Shown in pieces: positions 12,116 through 26,399 of a stretch of 63,657 nucleotides of DNA. Positions within the stretch are counted from its first letter, which is position 1. Every line of letters begins with the position of its first letter. Below the pieces are notes generated by a model. The model did not search any database. It was not told the origin of the DNA and saw only the letters and a program-made list of their open reading frames with translations. The stretch is from Octopus bimaculoides (Eukaryota), in assembly GCF_001194135.2 (NCBI RefSeq), contig NC_068994.1, forward strand, positions 52,435,093 through 52,498,749, given 5' to 3'. A program made the translations under genes and the position numbers.

Positions 12116-13608
12116 TTTCACATAAAACAAAATTATTCACTGCTGAATCATTTGGTTATTCTTACGTGGTCGAAAATAAACGAATCTGATTTCTGAATTT
12201 TAATTTGTATATAAGTACGAAGAATTTTATTTACGCTGTGAAGCCGTTGGTTGTGTTTGTGGGATATGTCTGATTGTTTCTCTTTATGTGCACTGGGTTG
12301 TATTACATTGATGATGGGAATAAAGGGATTTCCCTTTAATCTTGAAATCAATTGATATGCAATTAAGCCGTTTCATGAATCTTTTCCGTGTGTTTTTTTT
12401 TTGTCGACGTATTTTACATCATCATAATCATCGTCGTCGTCCTCCTATTTCCTTCTCATAATCATCGTGATAATCGATAACAAGGGACAGGATAGAATCA
12501 TTCAAGCCAACGACAGAGTTTCTGCGAGGTCGATTTACCCGACTTCAAATAATGGCTAACTGTAATAGATTAGAGCGGTGTTGTAAAGTACTTGCACAGA
12601 ATGTTTTAAAGGTGCTACTTTCTTCTCTGTTTATTTCTTGCAATGCTGTAATTATACAACACCCTTTAAAATATACCTTTATCCTGCCTAACTACGATAA
12701 TTTTGGAGAAGTACTGAGACGAACGAGGAACGAGGAAATGTGAAAGAGTTTTTATAATAACAAGCAGAGAATTGTTTCATTTTCATACAACATATCATTG
12801 TATGAAATGTATCATTTCCTTGTACTTCAGGTTCTGTGTATGAAACAAAACATAGGAAAAAGAACATACAATAATATAAAAACAAAAGACTCAGTTTTTA
12901 CTAAAAAATATTTAAATAACGAAATTATTTCATCAATAAAACTATTTAGTATTTTTTACCACCATAGTGTAGTTAGCCTAATCTTTGACAAATCCTCAAT
13001 TAATGAGATTTTTCCCAAGAGCCATTATATACATATACGTGCAAACGAATATAGGCTANNNNNNNNNNNNNNNNNNNNNNNNNNNNNNNNNNNNNNNNNN
13101 NNNNNNNNNNNNNNNNNNNNNNNNNNNNNNNNNNNNNNNNNNNNNNNNNNNNNNNNNNNNNNNNNNNNNNNNNNNNNNNNNNNNNNNNNNNNNNNNNNNN
13201 NNNNNNNNNNNNNNNNNNNNNNNNNNNNNNNNNNNNNNNNNNNNNNNNNNNNNNNNNNNNNNNNNNNNNNNNNNNNNNNNNNNNNNNNNNNNNNNNNNNN
13301 NNNNNNNNNNNNNNNNNNNNNNNNNNNNNNNNNNNNNNNNNNNNNNNNNNNNNNNNNNNNNNNNNNNNNNNNNNNNNNNNNNNNNNNNNNNNNNNNNNNN
13401 NNNNNNNNNNNNNNNNNNNNNNNNNNNNNNNNNNNNNNNNNNNNNNNNNNNNNNNNNNNNNNNNNNNNNNNNNNNNNNNNNNNNNTATATATATATATAT
13501 ATATATGTATATATGCTTATATCTATGTATATATATGTATATAATATATATATAAATATATATACATATACATATTAGATACATGCACACACACTCACAC
13601 ACACACAA

Positions 13609-13646
<38 letters not shown>

Positions 13647-14367
13647 TATAAACGGTTATCCATTTGAATAATGTTATCCTTAAGACTGCATTAGCGTCTT
13701 GTTGCGAATCACTTTTCGTTTTTTACAAAGAATTTTTGTTTTACAAATATGTGTCAAGAATAGAATTTTAGAATTAGAAATGTCACTTCTAATTAAGAGA
13801 ATGAATAATTTACTTCAGTGTTTCATTAACGAATCTTTCATACATCTTTTTAATTGTCCTTTCTGTAGCTTTTGATTATTTTCACAATTTTTACTCTTAT
13901 CAATCTTTGTAAAAATTAAACCATTTTATTCATTTTTTTTCTCTATATTACATAATTCTTCTGGTGTAAAATGGAAATTATATCAGAATTGACAACATTT
14001 TAAAATAAGTAATTCTTGAATATAACAATGGACAACTCTCGCCTAGAAATAAATTAAATATCAATTGCAATAATAAAACTTCTATGCGTGTATGCTTATA
14101 TCTATAAATGTTTGTCTGTCTAATTATCTATCTGTTTTTCTATCCATCCATTTTTACACACACACACAGGCACACATATTATATACACTTAAAGTATAAG
14201 CATATAAGCATATAAGCATATTTTGGACTATTGAGTATATGTCGATTAGTGTGTTGAAGTGTTTAGTAGAGCACTGGCACAGTGGGGGGGGGGGCTACCT
14301 AGTGTCATCTGCAGTCGGGATGTATTACAGTTGAATCTACTTCAGGAACTCCCTAGTGTTATTTGTG

Positions 14368-14589
14368 ATAATAATAATAATAATAATTTCTTAAGTAACC
14401 AGAAAATGGATTTAGAATTAATCTTTATTCTGTACAACGGTCGTTTCGACCCATCCTGCGACTGTCTCTTATGGATGCAACACATTTTGAACGGAGTTCC
14501 AATAATAATGGACAGTAGCAGGATAGGCCGAAATGACCGTTGTACAAACTAAAAATTAATACTAAATCCATCTTCAGGTTACTAAATAA

Positions 14590-14622
<33 letters not shown>
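14368..14622. repeat. Long inverted repeat (foldback), arms about 99 bp, spacer about 44 nt, bounded by (AAT)n/(ATT)n
   Basis: 14385-14466 aligns with the reverse complement of 14511-14593 (agtaacc..atggatttag.attaat...gtacaacggtc.tttcg.cc.atcctgc.actgtc). Confidence 0.9.
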
Positions 14623-14677
<55 letters not shown>

Positions 14678-15084
14678 CAAAGAAAGAGTGATAGTGAGAA
14701 AGAAAGAAAGAAAGAAACAAAGAAAGGAAGAAAGAAAATGAAAGAAAAAAATGGAAAAAAAGAAAGATAGATAGATAGAGAGGGACAGAGAAAGAGAGAG
14801 AGAGACCTATATAACATATATAAAAATCTTATATACAATAGATTTCAATATTTTTTCAGCGGAATCTAGTCATTTTTCTTCAGCACGTATTTTATATGCA
14901 TACCTAAATCATACGAAAAAAGAAAATCTTCTCCATGTTTTTCTCACGCTGTCATTAATGTATTTTCTGCTAATAGATGATTTTCTTTTAATATCGGATC
15001 TAAAAGTCTCGTTTCAGCACCAATTTGTCGCTTGCTCGTATTCATTTTTTCAAACTGGAGACTATTACTTTTTCGCTGTGTTAG

Positions 15085-15233
15085 CCGTTAGTTTGCACCT
15101 CATGCTTCTCAACCACATGGTTCTGGGTTGAGTTTCACTGCACGGCACTTTGGTTAAATGTCTTCTACTCTAGCTTTGGGCCGAATAAAGACTTGTGAAT
15201 GGATTTGTATTCGGAACCTACATGGAGTCCGTA

Positions 15234-15271
<38 letters not shown>

Positions 15272-15450
15272 NNNNNNNNNNNNNNNNNNNNNNNNNNNNN
15301 NNNNNNNNNNNNNNNNNNNNNNNNNNNNNNNNNNNNNNNNNNNNNNNNNNNNNNNNNNNNNNNNNNNNNNNNNNNNNNNNNNNNNNTTCTTCAAGGCGGC
15401 GCCCCAGCATGGCCGTATTCTAATGGCTGAGACAAGTGAAAAATAAGAGG
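15085..15450 (+). mobile_element. SINE family S2 (octopus OR/CORE-like), split by (TA)n and a gap
   Basis: cttctcaaccacatggttctgggttgagtttcactgcacggcactttggttaaatgtcttctac... with tail ccagcatggccgtattctaatggctgagacaagt. Related pieces at about 1305, 27430, 38120, 39625 and 57400. Confidence 0.75.
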
Positions 15451-15693
15451 TAAAGCATACACAGGTCCATTCTCTTATACTCGTTCCATATTTTAATTGG
15501 TATTTGATTTTATGTTTGGGGGTTGTCGTTCCTCAGTGACTGCTTGGTTTTTCAGCCTTCAGGTTTCTCCCTTTTACTGTTTCTTTCTGATTTTCTTTAA
15601 TGTCTTCCTCACTCGTTCCAAAGCTTTTTTCCCTCTATATATTCATGTAAATTTGATTTCAATTATCTTTCACTCCCTCCCTCATTCTCTTTT

Positions 15694-15752
<59 letters not shown>

Positions 15753-15759
15753 GGCCAAA

Positions 15760-15955
15760 CCGTTCCTCGAGGACAGAATGCTTAGTGGCACTTTGCAGAT
15801 GGTTTACGTTCTGATTTCAAACACTGCTGCGGTAGACTTTGTCTTTCATCCTTTCGGAATCGATAAAATGAGTACCAATTAGGCACTGGGATCGAAAAAT
15901 TAAGAACTAATTAGACATTGGGTTCTAACATAGGCGTTGTGCTTATGTTAGAAAA
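15760..15955 (+). mobile_element. SINE family S1, degenerate
   Basis: aatgcttagtgg...ttctgatttcaaac...gactttgtctttcatcctttcgg..tcgataaaatgagtacc. Confidence 0.75.
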
Positions 15956-17311
15956 GATTTCCTGCTTCTCTTAACTTTAAATATCCTTACGTTATCTTCT
16001 CTGTTCTTTTTTTCCTTTCCTTTCTTACTTTCATTTCTCTTACCATCTCGTCCCGACGTATTTTACATCTTGCTCTACTTTTCCTACTTTTTTTCATTAT
16101 TTCTTATCTTTTATATTACCTCATTCTTTCTTTCTTTCTTTCTTTCTTTCCTTTTTTCTTTCTTTCGTTTTCTCCCTTTCTTTTAACTTTCCGTATGTCA
16201 GCTTTCATTTCTCTGATTCCTTTCTTCTTATCAATCACATGCATTCTCACTTCGTACTCTTCATTCATATTTCACTATTCACTGTTTTATTTCTTTGTAT
16301 TCTCGCTGCATTCCTTTCTTTGCCAAAAAAAAAAAAGCCCCCAAAATAATCTTTGATGTTGTTGATCTTGCTGTTGCTATTTGGCCCATCATATCATCTG
16401 TGATCTCGCAGTCTATGTTAATGCTTTCAACCGTTCCCATAGCACACATTATTTCCTTTTTTCTTGTTTCTTTTATTTTTGGTAAAAGCTTTGTGTTTAG
16501 ATCTATATTGTTCATTGTGTACTGTCATGTTTGCAGACAGTGTTGTGTGATTAGTGTGAGATGCTGCTGCAAATAGGGCAGCCATCTATAGGCTCACTAT
16601 TTCTTTTGAAGTTGTTCATATTTGTGTTTCAAACAATAAAAATCGATATGTTTCAGTTTGGCGCCATGGCAGTAATAGTACAGCAGACTTTTCGTAAAAA
16701 TATACTCCGGATATAACATTCAAGTCGTCTTCATATTAAGACATATACCGTCATTACTCTGTGCAGAATTGTGTCTCGCTCCATTCTCAGAGAATTTCAT
16801 CACTCATAACTTCACTATTTTCTTGAGAAAGGGACGCAGTGGTAAGTCATAGGCGGCATTACTCATTTTGTAAATTAGGCGGATCCAGAAGAGAAAACCA
16901 TCCATCTCAATATTCCCGTGTTGATATCTCGAAACCTCTGTCAACAGAAGCGTGTACAGAAATAAATGCCGAAAGAAATTCTATCGGACGCTCTAATGCC
17001 TCTACAAATTCACATCCTTACTAAACTACAAATAAGTATTATATATATATATGTCATTGCTATTATGTTAAACTGTCGTATGTCCAAATCTGGCCAAATG
17101 CGTTTTTTCACTATTTATTTTTGCTTGCAATAGCTGATTCTTTTGGTCAAACTGTCGTACCTCCAGCTGCTTCAGATGCCAGGATATCAAAAGCTTCCAA
17201 AGTGTAGTACAACGGTTTTGCCATGGAATGCTGAAAGTATTTATTTTTTCGCTTTCTGAAAAAGCAACGTTTTGGACTTAGATACCTTTGCATTATGTAT
17301 ATATGTATATA

Positions 17312-17367
<56 letters not shown>

Positions 17368-17381
17368 AATATATATATATG

Positions 17382-17631
17382 TATAATTATAATTAAAAGT
17401 ACCGAAGAGGCACCACCATGCCAGAAATAGTAGTCAAAACTGACTATAGTACCACATTATATATAGGATTGGTGATAAGATAAATGAACGAAAAAATTAG
17501 CAAACATTGTTTGGCTTTGTTCATTTATCTTATCATCAGTGCTGTATGAATACATGATGTGGTTCTAGAGTCAGTTTTGAGTGCTATTTCTGGCATGGTG
17601 GTGGCTCTTCGGTACCCTGAATTATAATTAT
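17382..17631. repeat. Long inverted repeat (foldback), arms about 110 bp, spacer about 23 nt
   Basis: gtaccgaagaggcaccaccatgccagaaatagtagtcaaaactgactatagtaccacat versus the reverse complement of 17557-17615; inner gataagataaatgaac pair; outer tataattataatt pair. Confidence 0.92.
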
Positions 17632-18462
17632 GTTTATATTATTATATAGCTATAATGATTATCAACACTCCAACCACCCGCCTTCACCTTCCCCCACTGC
17701 AACTATGGCCACCACCACGATAATGGTGATGTTTGTAGTTGCTGTATTAGAGAGCTGTATCCAAGGTTTGTGGAGTGCCCGCAAACCTATGACGAAATGC
17801 TTTTCAACATTAGCCGGCCCCACTCACTCTCAGCTTTTCTCTCATATTTTCCTATGTTTTTGACAGAGCATATACAGTACATTGGACATTATAAGAATGC
17901 GTCACCTTTTATGAAGAACTCAATAACTGCTATTTCTAGCAAATCATGTGACTTTCTCTGGTAATTTCTTATATCATTGTTTGATAAATTTTCTGTTTTT
18001 TGGAGAATACACGCCACTCCCGAATGCCATTTCTGTGATATACCAGATTAGTTGCCATTACAATTGCCGATTACATTTTTGCTCTAACTTCCTTTATCTC
18101 TCTCACTTCTTCTCCTCTTATCCTTCATCTCGCATTATTCCCCCCTCTTTATTTCCTGCATTCATTCACTCACCACACTATTTTCTTTCTTGTTATCCAA
18201 TACATTTCATCGTGGATTACATTTTCCTCTTAACTATCCATCTCGGTTTTATTTGTTTTTCATATTGTCTTACGATATATATTTTTCATATATCTTTCTT
18301 TCGGAACCTTGCTTATATTTTATTACATCTTTCGTTCTCTCATGTGTTACTTAATTTAGTTTTCTTCCAAAGCAATCTCCATTTCATAATAACCACCAAT
18401 TTATTTTTCTCTTTATCTCATCTTTTCACTTCACATGTTAACAAAGAGATAGAGACAAAAGT

Positions 18463-18466
<4 letters not shown>

Positions 18467-18540
<74 letters not shown>
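18467..18540. repeat. (GA)n microsatellite
   Basis: Direct reading. Confidence 0.97.
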
Positions 18541-18542
<2 letters not shown>

Positions 18543-19366
18543 AATGGTGAAGCAGTGACACAGATAAACAGCTGACATATGCAACTTGTTAGCTCAATAT
18601 CTCCAGAAGTAATGGATATAATAAATTCTGCTGAACTTCAAAGTACTAAATGCTTTGTTTCATTCATGTAAGTTCATTTATTTCTTTGAGCTGCGTTGAT
18701 CAAACCAGGCTACGTCCAAAATATCGAACAGAACCCTTCTTTTCGTGTATATATGTACCCTTCTTTGTTTAAGACAGCAGAATGTGATCTGAACTAGGTT
18801 TAACTGCTACTTCAAGCTGGTCTGGTTAACGCAAAGAATTAGCGATCAGTATATCATACAAGTAGCGTATATACTGTTGAAGGCCTTCCAAATGGCAGTA
18901 TTCGTCGCAAGGTACATGTTATATATATATATATACTTCTCGAAACGAATATCGCAGTTTAAACGGCTTCCAATGGTATATATGATTCAATTATTATATA
19001 CAGATGGATAATTTGAACTAATACAGCTTTACGTTGCTAATGGCGGATTTTCGCTGCATAGGGTTTCATAGAATTTGGACATGACCGTTCATATTTACGG
19101 CGTTCAAACAAATATATCTTATTGGTTGGTGCACTAGAGTCAACTGTGTCAATTATATGACCTCCAAATCTGAATACCCATCAGATTTTGTAAATTGGGG
19201 AACAACATACTGTAACCTGATGTTTACATATTACAATTTACAAGCGAATATCTTTTTACCGATATAATAACCTATTTACAGCTAGAAAACCATAAGGAAA
19301 AATAAAGCAATAAACTACATATATTGCACCATTCAAACTATACATTATTATCAGCTATCTGGTGGT

Positions 19367-19622
19367 GGAGGCGCGTGGTTTAGTGGTTATGGTGTCAGCA
19401 TCATGATCGTAAGATTGTGGTTTCGATTCTTGGACCGGGCGACGCGTTGTGTTCTTGAGCAAAACACTTCATTTCACGTTCCTCCAGTCCACTCAGCTGG
19501 CAAAAATGAGTAAGGCTGCGATGGACTGGTGTCCCGTCCAGCTGGGGAACATATACGTCATTGAAACCAGGACACTGGGCCCATGAGCCTGGCTAGGTTT
19601 TAAAAGGGCGCATTTATTTTTT
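19367..19622 (+). mobile_element. tRNA-derived SINE family S3, full length with TSD
   Basis: A box TGGTTTAGTGG, B box GGTTTCGATTC, central gtgttcttgagcaaaacactt, T-rich tail. 17-bp TSD atcagctatctggtggt / atgagctatctgggggc (14/17). Confidence 0.88.
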
Positions 19623-21379
19623 ATGAGCTATCTGGGGGCGTTAAGTTGGAGAAACACAATATTTTGTTAGAAATCTTTACGCTCTGTGTTCAAATTCCAA
19701 GGAAGTTACTTTTGCTTTTCTTACATCCGAGATCAATAAAATATTGTATGTGCCTATATTAGAAGATTTAAAATTCTTTCATCTCTCCGTAGTCAATAAA
19801 GGAAGTCCCAGTCACATACTGGTGTTGATGGTTTGGGTTAAAACCACTAGAAAAATTGCCAACTCTGTGCGTGTATTGAAAAATCATTGTTATGAGGTTA
19901 TCAATGACAAATGTTTAGCCGAATCAGTTTTCAGTTTAATACTGCTACCTTACGAATTCAAAGGACTTGCCATAAAAAAAAAAATTTTAATTTTTCAACT
20001 ATTCTGATTTTCAAATCTCTCGTATCTATATTACAAGTAATAGTATAGTACTTGTTTACGACAAGACGTGTGAACGTGATGCGTCTGACAGTGATAATTC
20101 CTTATGTTATAAAGCGTGACATGATTTTAAGGTAATTCCACTGCTATTTATAACAAGGCGAGAGGACGCGCAGTGTTTCCTCAGCTGCGTTTCCATAAAG
20201 AACAGAACTTGTGAAATATAATATAAATTTATCGATTGCTCCTCATTCCTCATCTCCCTTTCCAAATTTATGAGCTTTCTGTCTAAATTAAACATAAATA
20301 TTATCTGCTACGAGTAAGAGCAAGCCAAAACTTTATGATGTTCTTCAGGGCAGATATTTTTGAATGAAAATATCTATTCGGCATATTGTCCGATTCATGA
20401 ATAGAAGAGGTATATTTACCAGCTTAAAACAAATCACTCGCAATACTGTCTCTATATTTCTTACATTATTTCTTTTCCTTCAAAAAATGAGTCCATGCCC
20501 CAAAGTTTAGTAACTTTTTATGATTTCACACGGTTTAACGCATTAAATTTACTTTCATTTTGAATATAAACTCATCCATTATATGCACAAAACTGTAACT
20601 TCGTCATGGTCATGTTTACCGAAGCAACATTATTTTTCAGCTATACTAAAGATTTTTTTCTCACAACTATTGCGCACCTAAAAATAAACTACATACTTTA
20701 AGATCTCCACAATGAATATACCCTAAGGCACCGAATATGTATATCTTTCCTTCACATAGAAATCTTTCAAACAATTATAAAAGATACAATATTCTGCTCT
20801 GCACTAACATCCGTTCTCTATTGTTCCGCAGGTTTAAAAAAATAATATCAACTACACCTTCTCTATTTCTGCTACATTTGTTTCCCTGTTCTCCCTCCTA
20901 GGCTTTGTGTGTTTACATGCACACATATAAATCCGACTCTGTGTGTTTGTTTGTTTGTTTTTCTCAATTTCTTTCTTTCTTTCTTTCTTTTTCTTATTTT
21001 TTTTCCTTGTCTTTGTCTTTCTCACTCTCTCTCTCTTTATCTATCTATGTCGCCCTCTCTCTCTCACTCTGTATATATNNNNNNNNNNNNNNNNNNNNNN
21101 NNNNNNNNNNNNNNNNNNNNNNNNNNNNNNNNNNNNNNNNNNNNNNNNNNNNNNNNNNNNNNNNNNNNNNNNNNNNNNNNNNNNNNNNNNNNNNNNNNNN
21201 NNNNNNNNNNNNNNNNNNNNNNNNNNNNNNNNNNNNNNNNNNNNNNNNNNNNNNNNNNNNNNNNNNNNNNNNNNNNNNNNNNNNNNNNNNNNNNNNNNNN
21301 NNNNNNNNNNNNNNNNNNNNNNNNNNNNNNNNNNNNNNNNNNNNNNNNNNNNNNNNNNNNNNNNNNNNNNNNNNNNNNN

Positions 21380-21412
<33 letters not shown>

Positions 21413-21873
21413 CACATATGCATATACATACATATATATATCTATGTTTATTTTTTGTCATTCATTGCATTTATACTGCAATCTCCGGCAGACAATGATG
21501 CTTGGTGATATGTTTTCAGTATAATATGTCTGCGTCAGATAGACATAATTAGTAGACAATACACTGCATCATAGAATCGCCAACATAGTGAAGCTATCAT
21601 GAAGCGAGCATGAATGGGATGCAGAGAGAAAAACTAGACAAATGTAAGGATCCAATGGAGCAAATACGAGGTTAACATGTTTCATGGAAAATTGAAAAAG
21701 AAAAATTTATGTGCGTATATGTGTGCACGTGTGTGTATGTGTATGTGTGTGTGTGTGAAATATATATGCTTGTGTATATTACCACAAATACGACTTCATT
21801 CATGTCGATATATATGTACCTATATGCGTGTGCACATGAATTCTTTTATTCATTTACCGGCATACGTAAAAAT

Positions 21874-21935
<62 letters not shown>

Positions 21936-22829
21936 NNNNNNNNNNNNNNNNNNNNNNNNNNNNNNNNNNNNNNNNNNNNNNNNNNNNNNNNNNNNNNNNN
22001 NNNNNNNNNNNNNNNNNNNNNNNNNNNNNNNNNNNNNNNNNNNNNNNNNNNNNNNNNNNNNNNNNNNNNNNNNNNNNNNNNNNNNNNNNNNNNNNNNNNN
22101 NNNNNNNNNNNNNNNNNNNNNNNNNNNNNNNNNNNNNNNNNNNNNNNNNNNNNNNNNNNNNNNNNNNNNNNNNNNNNNNNNNNNNNNNNNNNNNNNNNNN
22201 NNNNNNNNNNNNNNNNNNNNNNNNNNNNNNNNNNNNNNNNNNNNNNNNNNNNNNNNNNNNNNNNNNNNNNNNNNNNNNNNNNNNNNNNNNNNNNNNNNNN
22301 NNNNNNNNNNNNNNNNNNNNNNNNNNNNNNNNNNNNNNNNNNNNNNNNNNNNNNNNNNNNNNNNNNNNNNNNNNNNNNNNNNNNNNNNNNNNNNNNNNNN
22401 NNNNNNNNNNNNNNNNNNNNNNNNNNNNNNNNNNNNNNNNNNNNNNNNNNNNNNNNNNNNNNNNNNNNNNNNNNNNNNNNNNNNNNNNNNNNNNNNNNNN
22501 NNNNNNNNNNNNNNNNNNNNNNNNNNNNNNNNNNNNNNNNNNNNNNNNNNNNNNNNNNNNNNNNNNNNNNNNNNNNNNNNNNNNNNNNNNNNNNNNNNNN
22601 NNNNNNNNNNNNNNNNNNNNNNNNNNNNNNNNNNNNNNNNNNNNNNNNNNNNNNNNNNNNNNNNNNNNNNNNNNNNNNNNNNNNNNNNNNNNNNNNNNNN
22701 NNNNNNNNNNNNNNNNNNNNNNNNNNNNNNNNNNNNNNNNNNNNNNNNNNNNNNNNNNNNNNNNNNNNNNNNNNNNNNNNNNNNNNNNNNNNNNNNNNNN
22801 NNNNNNNNNNNNNNNNNNNNNNNNNNNNN

Positions 22830-22876
<47 letters not shown>

Positions 22877-23020
22877 TGTGTGTATATATGTACATATACG
22901 TATAAATATATATATAGATATATAGATAGATAGACAGATGGATAGATAAATAGATATATACATATATACTCACATACATATATACATATATATATATGTG
23001 TACATGTATATATGTGTGTG

Positions 23021-23057
<37 letters not shown>

Positions 23058-23634
23058 TCCACTCGTATTATTTGATAATTGCCGATCGTCTACCCGCTAT
23101 CTATCTCCCCATGAAAATAAAGATCTTTTCTTTCTTTCGAAGTAGAAATACAAGCTTGTTCTTCACATCAAAATTCTCCGAGGCTATACATATGTTTGAA
23201 AAGAGGAACGAAATATATGCTCAATGATTTATATGGACATATAATATAAAGCAATCTCGCAGTACCTATAGTAACTAACAAAACCGTTTTTATTCCTTTT
23301 CTTGTTTTTGTAGAAGTGTGTATAAGCAGTGGCTGTCTGCACTGATATGGCGGATAGTGTGTATTTCTGTAGTTCAATATATACTCAGGTCCATCTTTCT
23401 CATTTATTCTTACCTTTGAGGAATTGTGCATGATTCTGAGTCCGTATTCTTTTCATTTACATGCACATATATACATCCATGTATGCATGTATATATGTAT
23501 ATGTATGTGGATGTATATGTATAGAAATATGTTATGTATACTTACATGGATATTTGTAAATAAAAATCGCTCGCTTTTGCGATATACAGTCGATCTTTTT
23601 GTGAGTCACTCTATTTTCTCTCGTGACGATTTGT

Positions 23635-23671
<37 letters not shown>

Positions 23672-23675
23672 ACAG

Positions 23676-23713
<38 letters not shown>

Positions 23714-23745
23714 TGCGTACATTCATATACATATTCCTACATACG

Positions 23746-23778
<33 letters not shown>

Positions 23779-23917
23779 ATTTATATATATATATATATAA
23801 GTATATATAATATAAATATATAAGTTATTATATAATATATAATAATTTATATGGTAGGAGGGAATAATATATGCTCCACTTAAAGCGACCTAAACGAAAA
23901 AATTGACTAAAATAGGA

Positions 23918-23995
23918 TGGGGAGTACCACTAGGAATTGAATACGACATCAATGCTTAGATGGCTCTGTACGTGCCCAATTCAGATACATAGCCC
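23918..23995 (-). pseudogene. Decayed tRNA-like sequence (tRNA pseudogene or repeat head)
   Basis: Minus strand: GGGCTATGTATCTGAATTGG...GTCGTATTCAATTCCTAGTGGTACTCCCCA. 78 nt with A/B-box-like spacing and a CCA end, but poor stems. Confidence 0.4.
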
Positions 23996-25184
23996 ACGCA
24001 GTTTCTGCTAGTTTTAATGTATAGATATTTTTAGTGTAGTATATATGTTTTTAAATTTGTAAACAAACTCGAAGTCTGTAAATTACATATATATATAATC
24101 ATATACATATACATGTATGTGTGTGTGTCTATCTCTGTCTCTGTGTGTATGTATGTGTGTGTGTGTGTGTACTTAAATATCTTTCTGGAATAATTACGTT
24201 AGTAAATACTTCACATTTTTAACGGAAATACTTAGCACATTCACTTTCAAATCTGTGCGCCATTGTTTTGATTGTCGCTGTTCTCTTTGTACTTAATAAA
24301 TTAGTATAAATATTCGTAGAAGACAAATTAAATCTGAAAACGATTATGACATTGACAAACTAATTTCGTTTCAATTATAAATAATTTGTGAAGATTAAAC
24401 ATAGATTTTCAAAGTAATAATGGATACATTTAAATAACATTCCTTCCGACCACAAATCATTTGCTATGATTATTTGAGTGTAAAAAGATTACGTAACGAT
24501 GCCTTTTGTTTCATCGTTTAATAAATGTGAGTAACGGAAAGTTGATGTTCGACCTGAGTGTTCGATCACAAAGAATGCATTTGATACAGCAATACCGATT
24601 CGTAATAAAAGTGGATATAAAAGGAGATATGAGCTTCTTTACCCATCCTTTATCTCTACGTATATAACCAACATTAAGGATTTCTTCTACTCGCGTAATA
24701 AACCATTAATATAGATTCCTTTCAAAATAAGTCTACAAAATTTTAGAATCTGGAGTTGACAATAGGCAAAGGCAGTATATTTTACAACAGAGTCATAAAC
24801 ATAAGAGAACCCATGGTTAATAATAGTCGAAGGGATTGTATTTCCTGTGACGCTAAAAGAAGGAAACAGGAGTCTGTCAAACGAAGTTAGAAGACCGTTT
24901 ATATCTGCACGTTAATTTGTAAGTAGAACGCTTTCGAACGACAAATGGGGATTTTGTGAGGGAAATAAGAAATACAATGACGAAAAATGAAACTACATTT
25001 CCAATTCTATAATTCTTTGTAATGCTTAAAAGTGTCGCCATTTCATAGAACACTACTAATCTAATATAGAAATCACGCGGCATCATATTTTCTTATTACT
25101 ATTTGTTTAATAACATTGTCTCATTTTTAAATCAATTCTTTTAAGAATTCTTATACAAACACATTTGTATTTGCACACACATAC

Positions 25185-25298
<114 letters not shown>

Positions 25299-25543
25299 GT
25301 TTGTATGTATGTGTACATACACACATGATCTATATATGTGGGCATACTTAAACACAAGCACACATATATAACAGTACATATGTGTATATCGTATATCCTG
25401 CCATATTTGAAGACGGTTTTTAAGCAAATATATCCTCTTTAATGATATATTTATTGTTTCAATTCCACGCAAAAATCTTTAAATTCATTTTTGAACAAAA
25501 TGTTGGTATATATACATACATAGACACACACATGCATACATAA

Positions 25544-25576
<33 letters not shown>

Positions 25577-26194
25577 TTGCGTCATATATATATATATATA
25601 TATTACATATATATATGTGTATATATATTACATATATATATGTATATATAAACATATACATACCTACATACACATACATTCACGTACACACACATGAACA
25701 CGCGCGCACACGCACTTACCCACATTCACATATACATACATGCATAGGTGTCGCTGTACATCAGTTACTGCGCTTTTGCGAACTAATAAACTTAGAACGG
25801 CATCGTTCTTATCATTCAAGTGGAAATCTGTTTAAATGAAGGAAACGCAATTTGTTTGAAGATTTATTTATAAGTGTTTCCTTTTGGTTCCATTGTAAAC
25901 ATATGTGACAATTATATTGAGCGTGAATACGTTGTATATATGTTTGTATGTATGTATGTATGTAGGTGTTTGTGTCTAGGAGTGTATGTGTCCGCGTTTA
26001 TTGTGTCCTTGCATTCACGCTTTGGTACGCACGTGATTTGTATTTATGAATTGATATATCGACTCTGATGTTTATTAACGCATCGATTGGATAGAGTTGA
26101 TAGGATAACATAGAAGAAACTCTAAGTTTAATAGTTCATATTGACGATGTATCCATACGACTGTGGTCTTGTTCTTGCTCTTGTTTTGTTGTTG

Positions 26195-26348
26195 TTCTTC
26201 TTCTTCTTGGTCCTGTTCTTCTTCTTCTTCTTCTTCTTCTTCTTCTTCTTCTTCTTCTTCTTCTTCTTCTTCTTCTTCTTCTTCTTCTTCTTCTTCTTCT
26301 TCTTCTCGTACTACTAATATCTAATATATCAAAAATTCACAATGTATT

Positions 26349-26396
<48 letters not shown>
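26195..26396. repeat. (TTC)n followed by (CTA)n microsatellites
   Basis: Direct reading. Confidence 0.95.

Positions 26397-26399
<3 letters not shown>

Noticed and set aside
16279-16590. Overlapping ORFs, and a possible decayed gag zinc knuckle (VCYGNG*KH) on the minus strand
   Set aside because: Motif incomplete with several stops; no supporting LTR or pol sequence nearby.
23315-23389. Strong acceptor followed by an open hydrophobic frame
   Set aside because: Only a weak donor (GTCCAT) and no homology.
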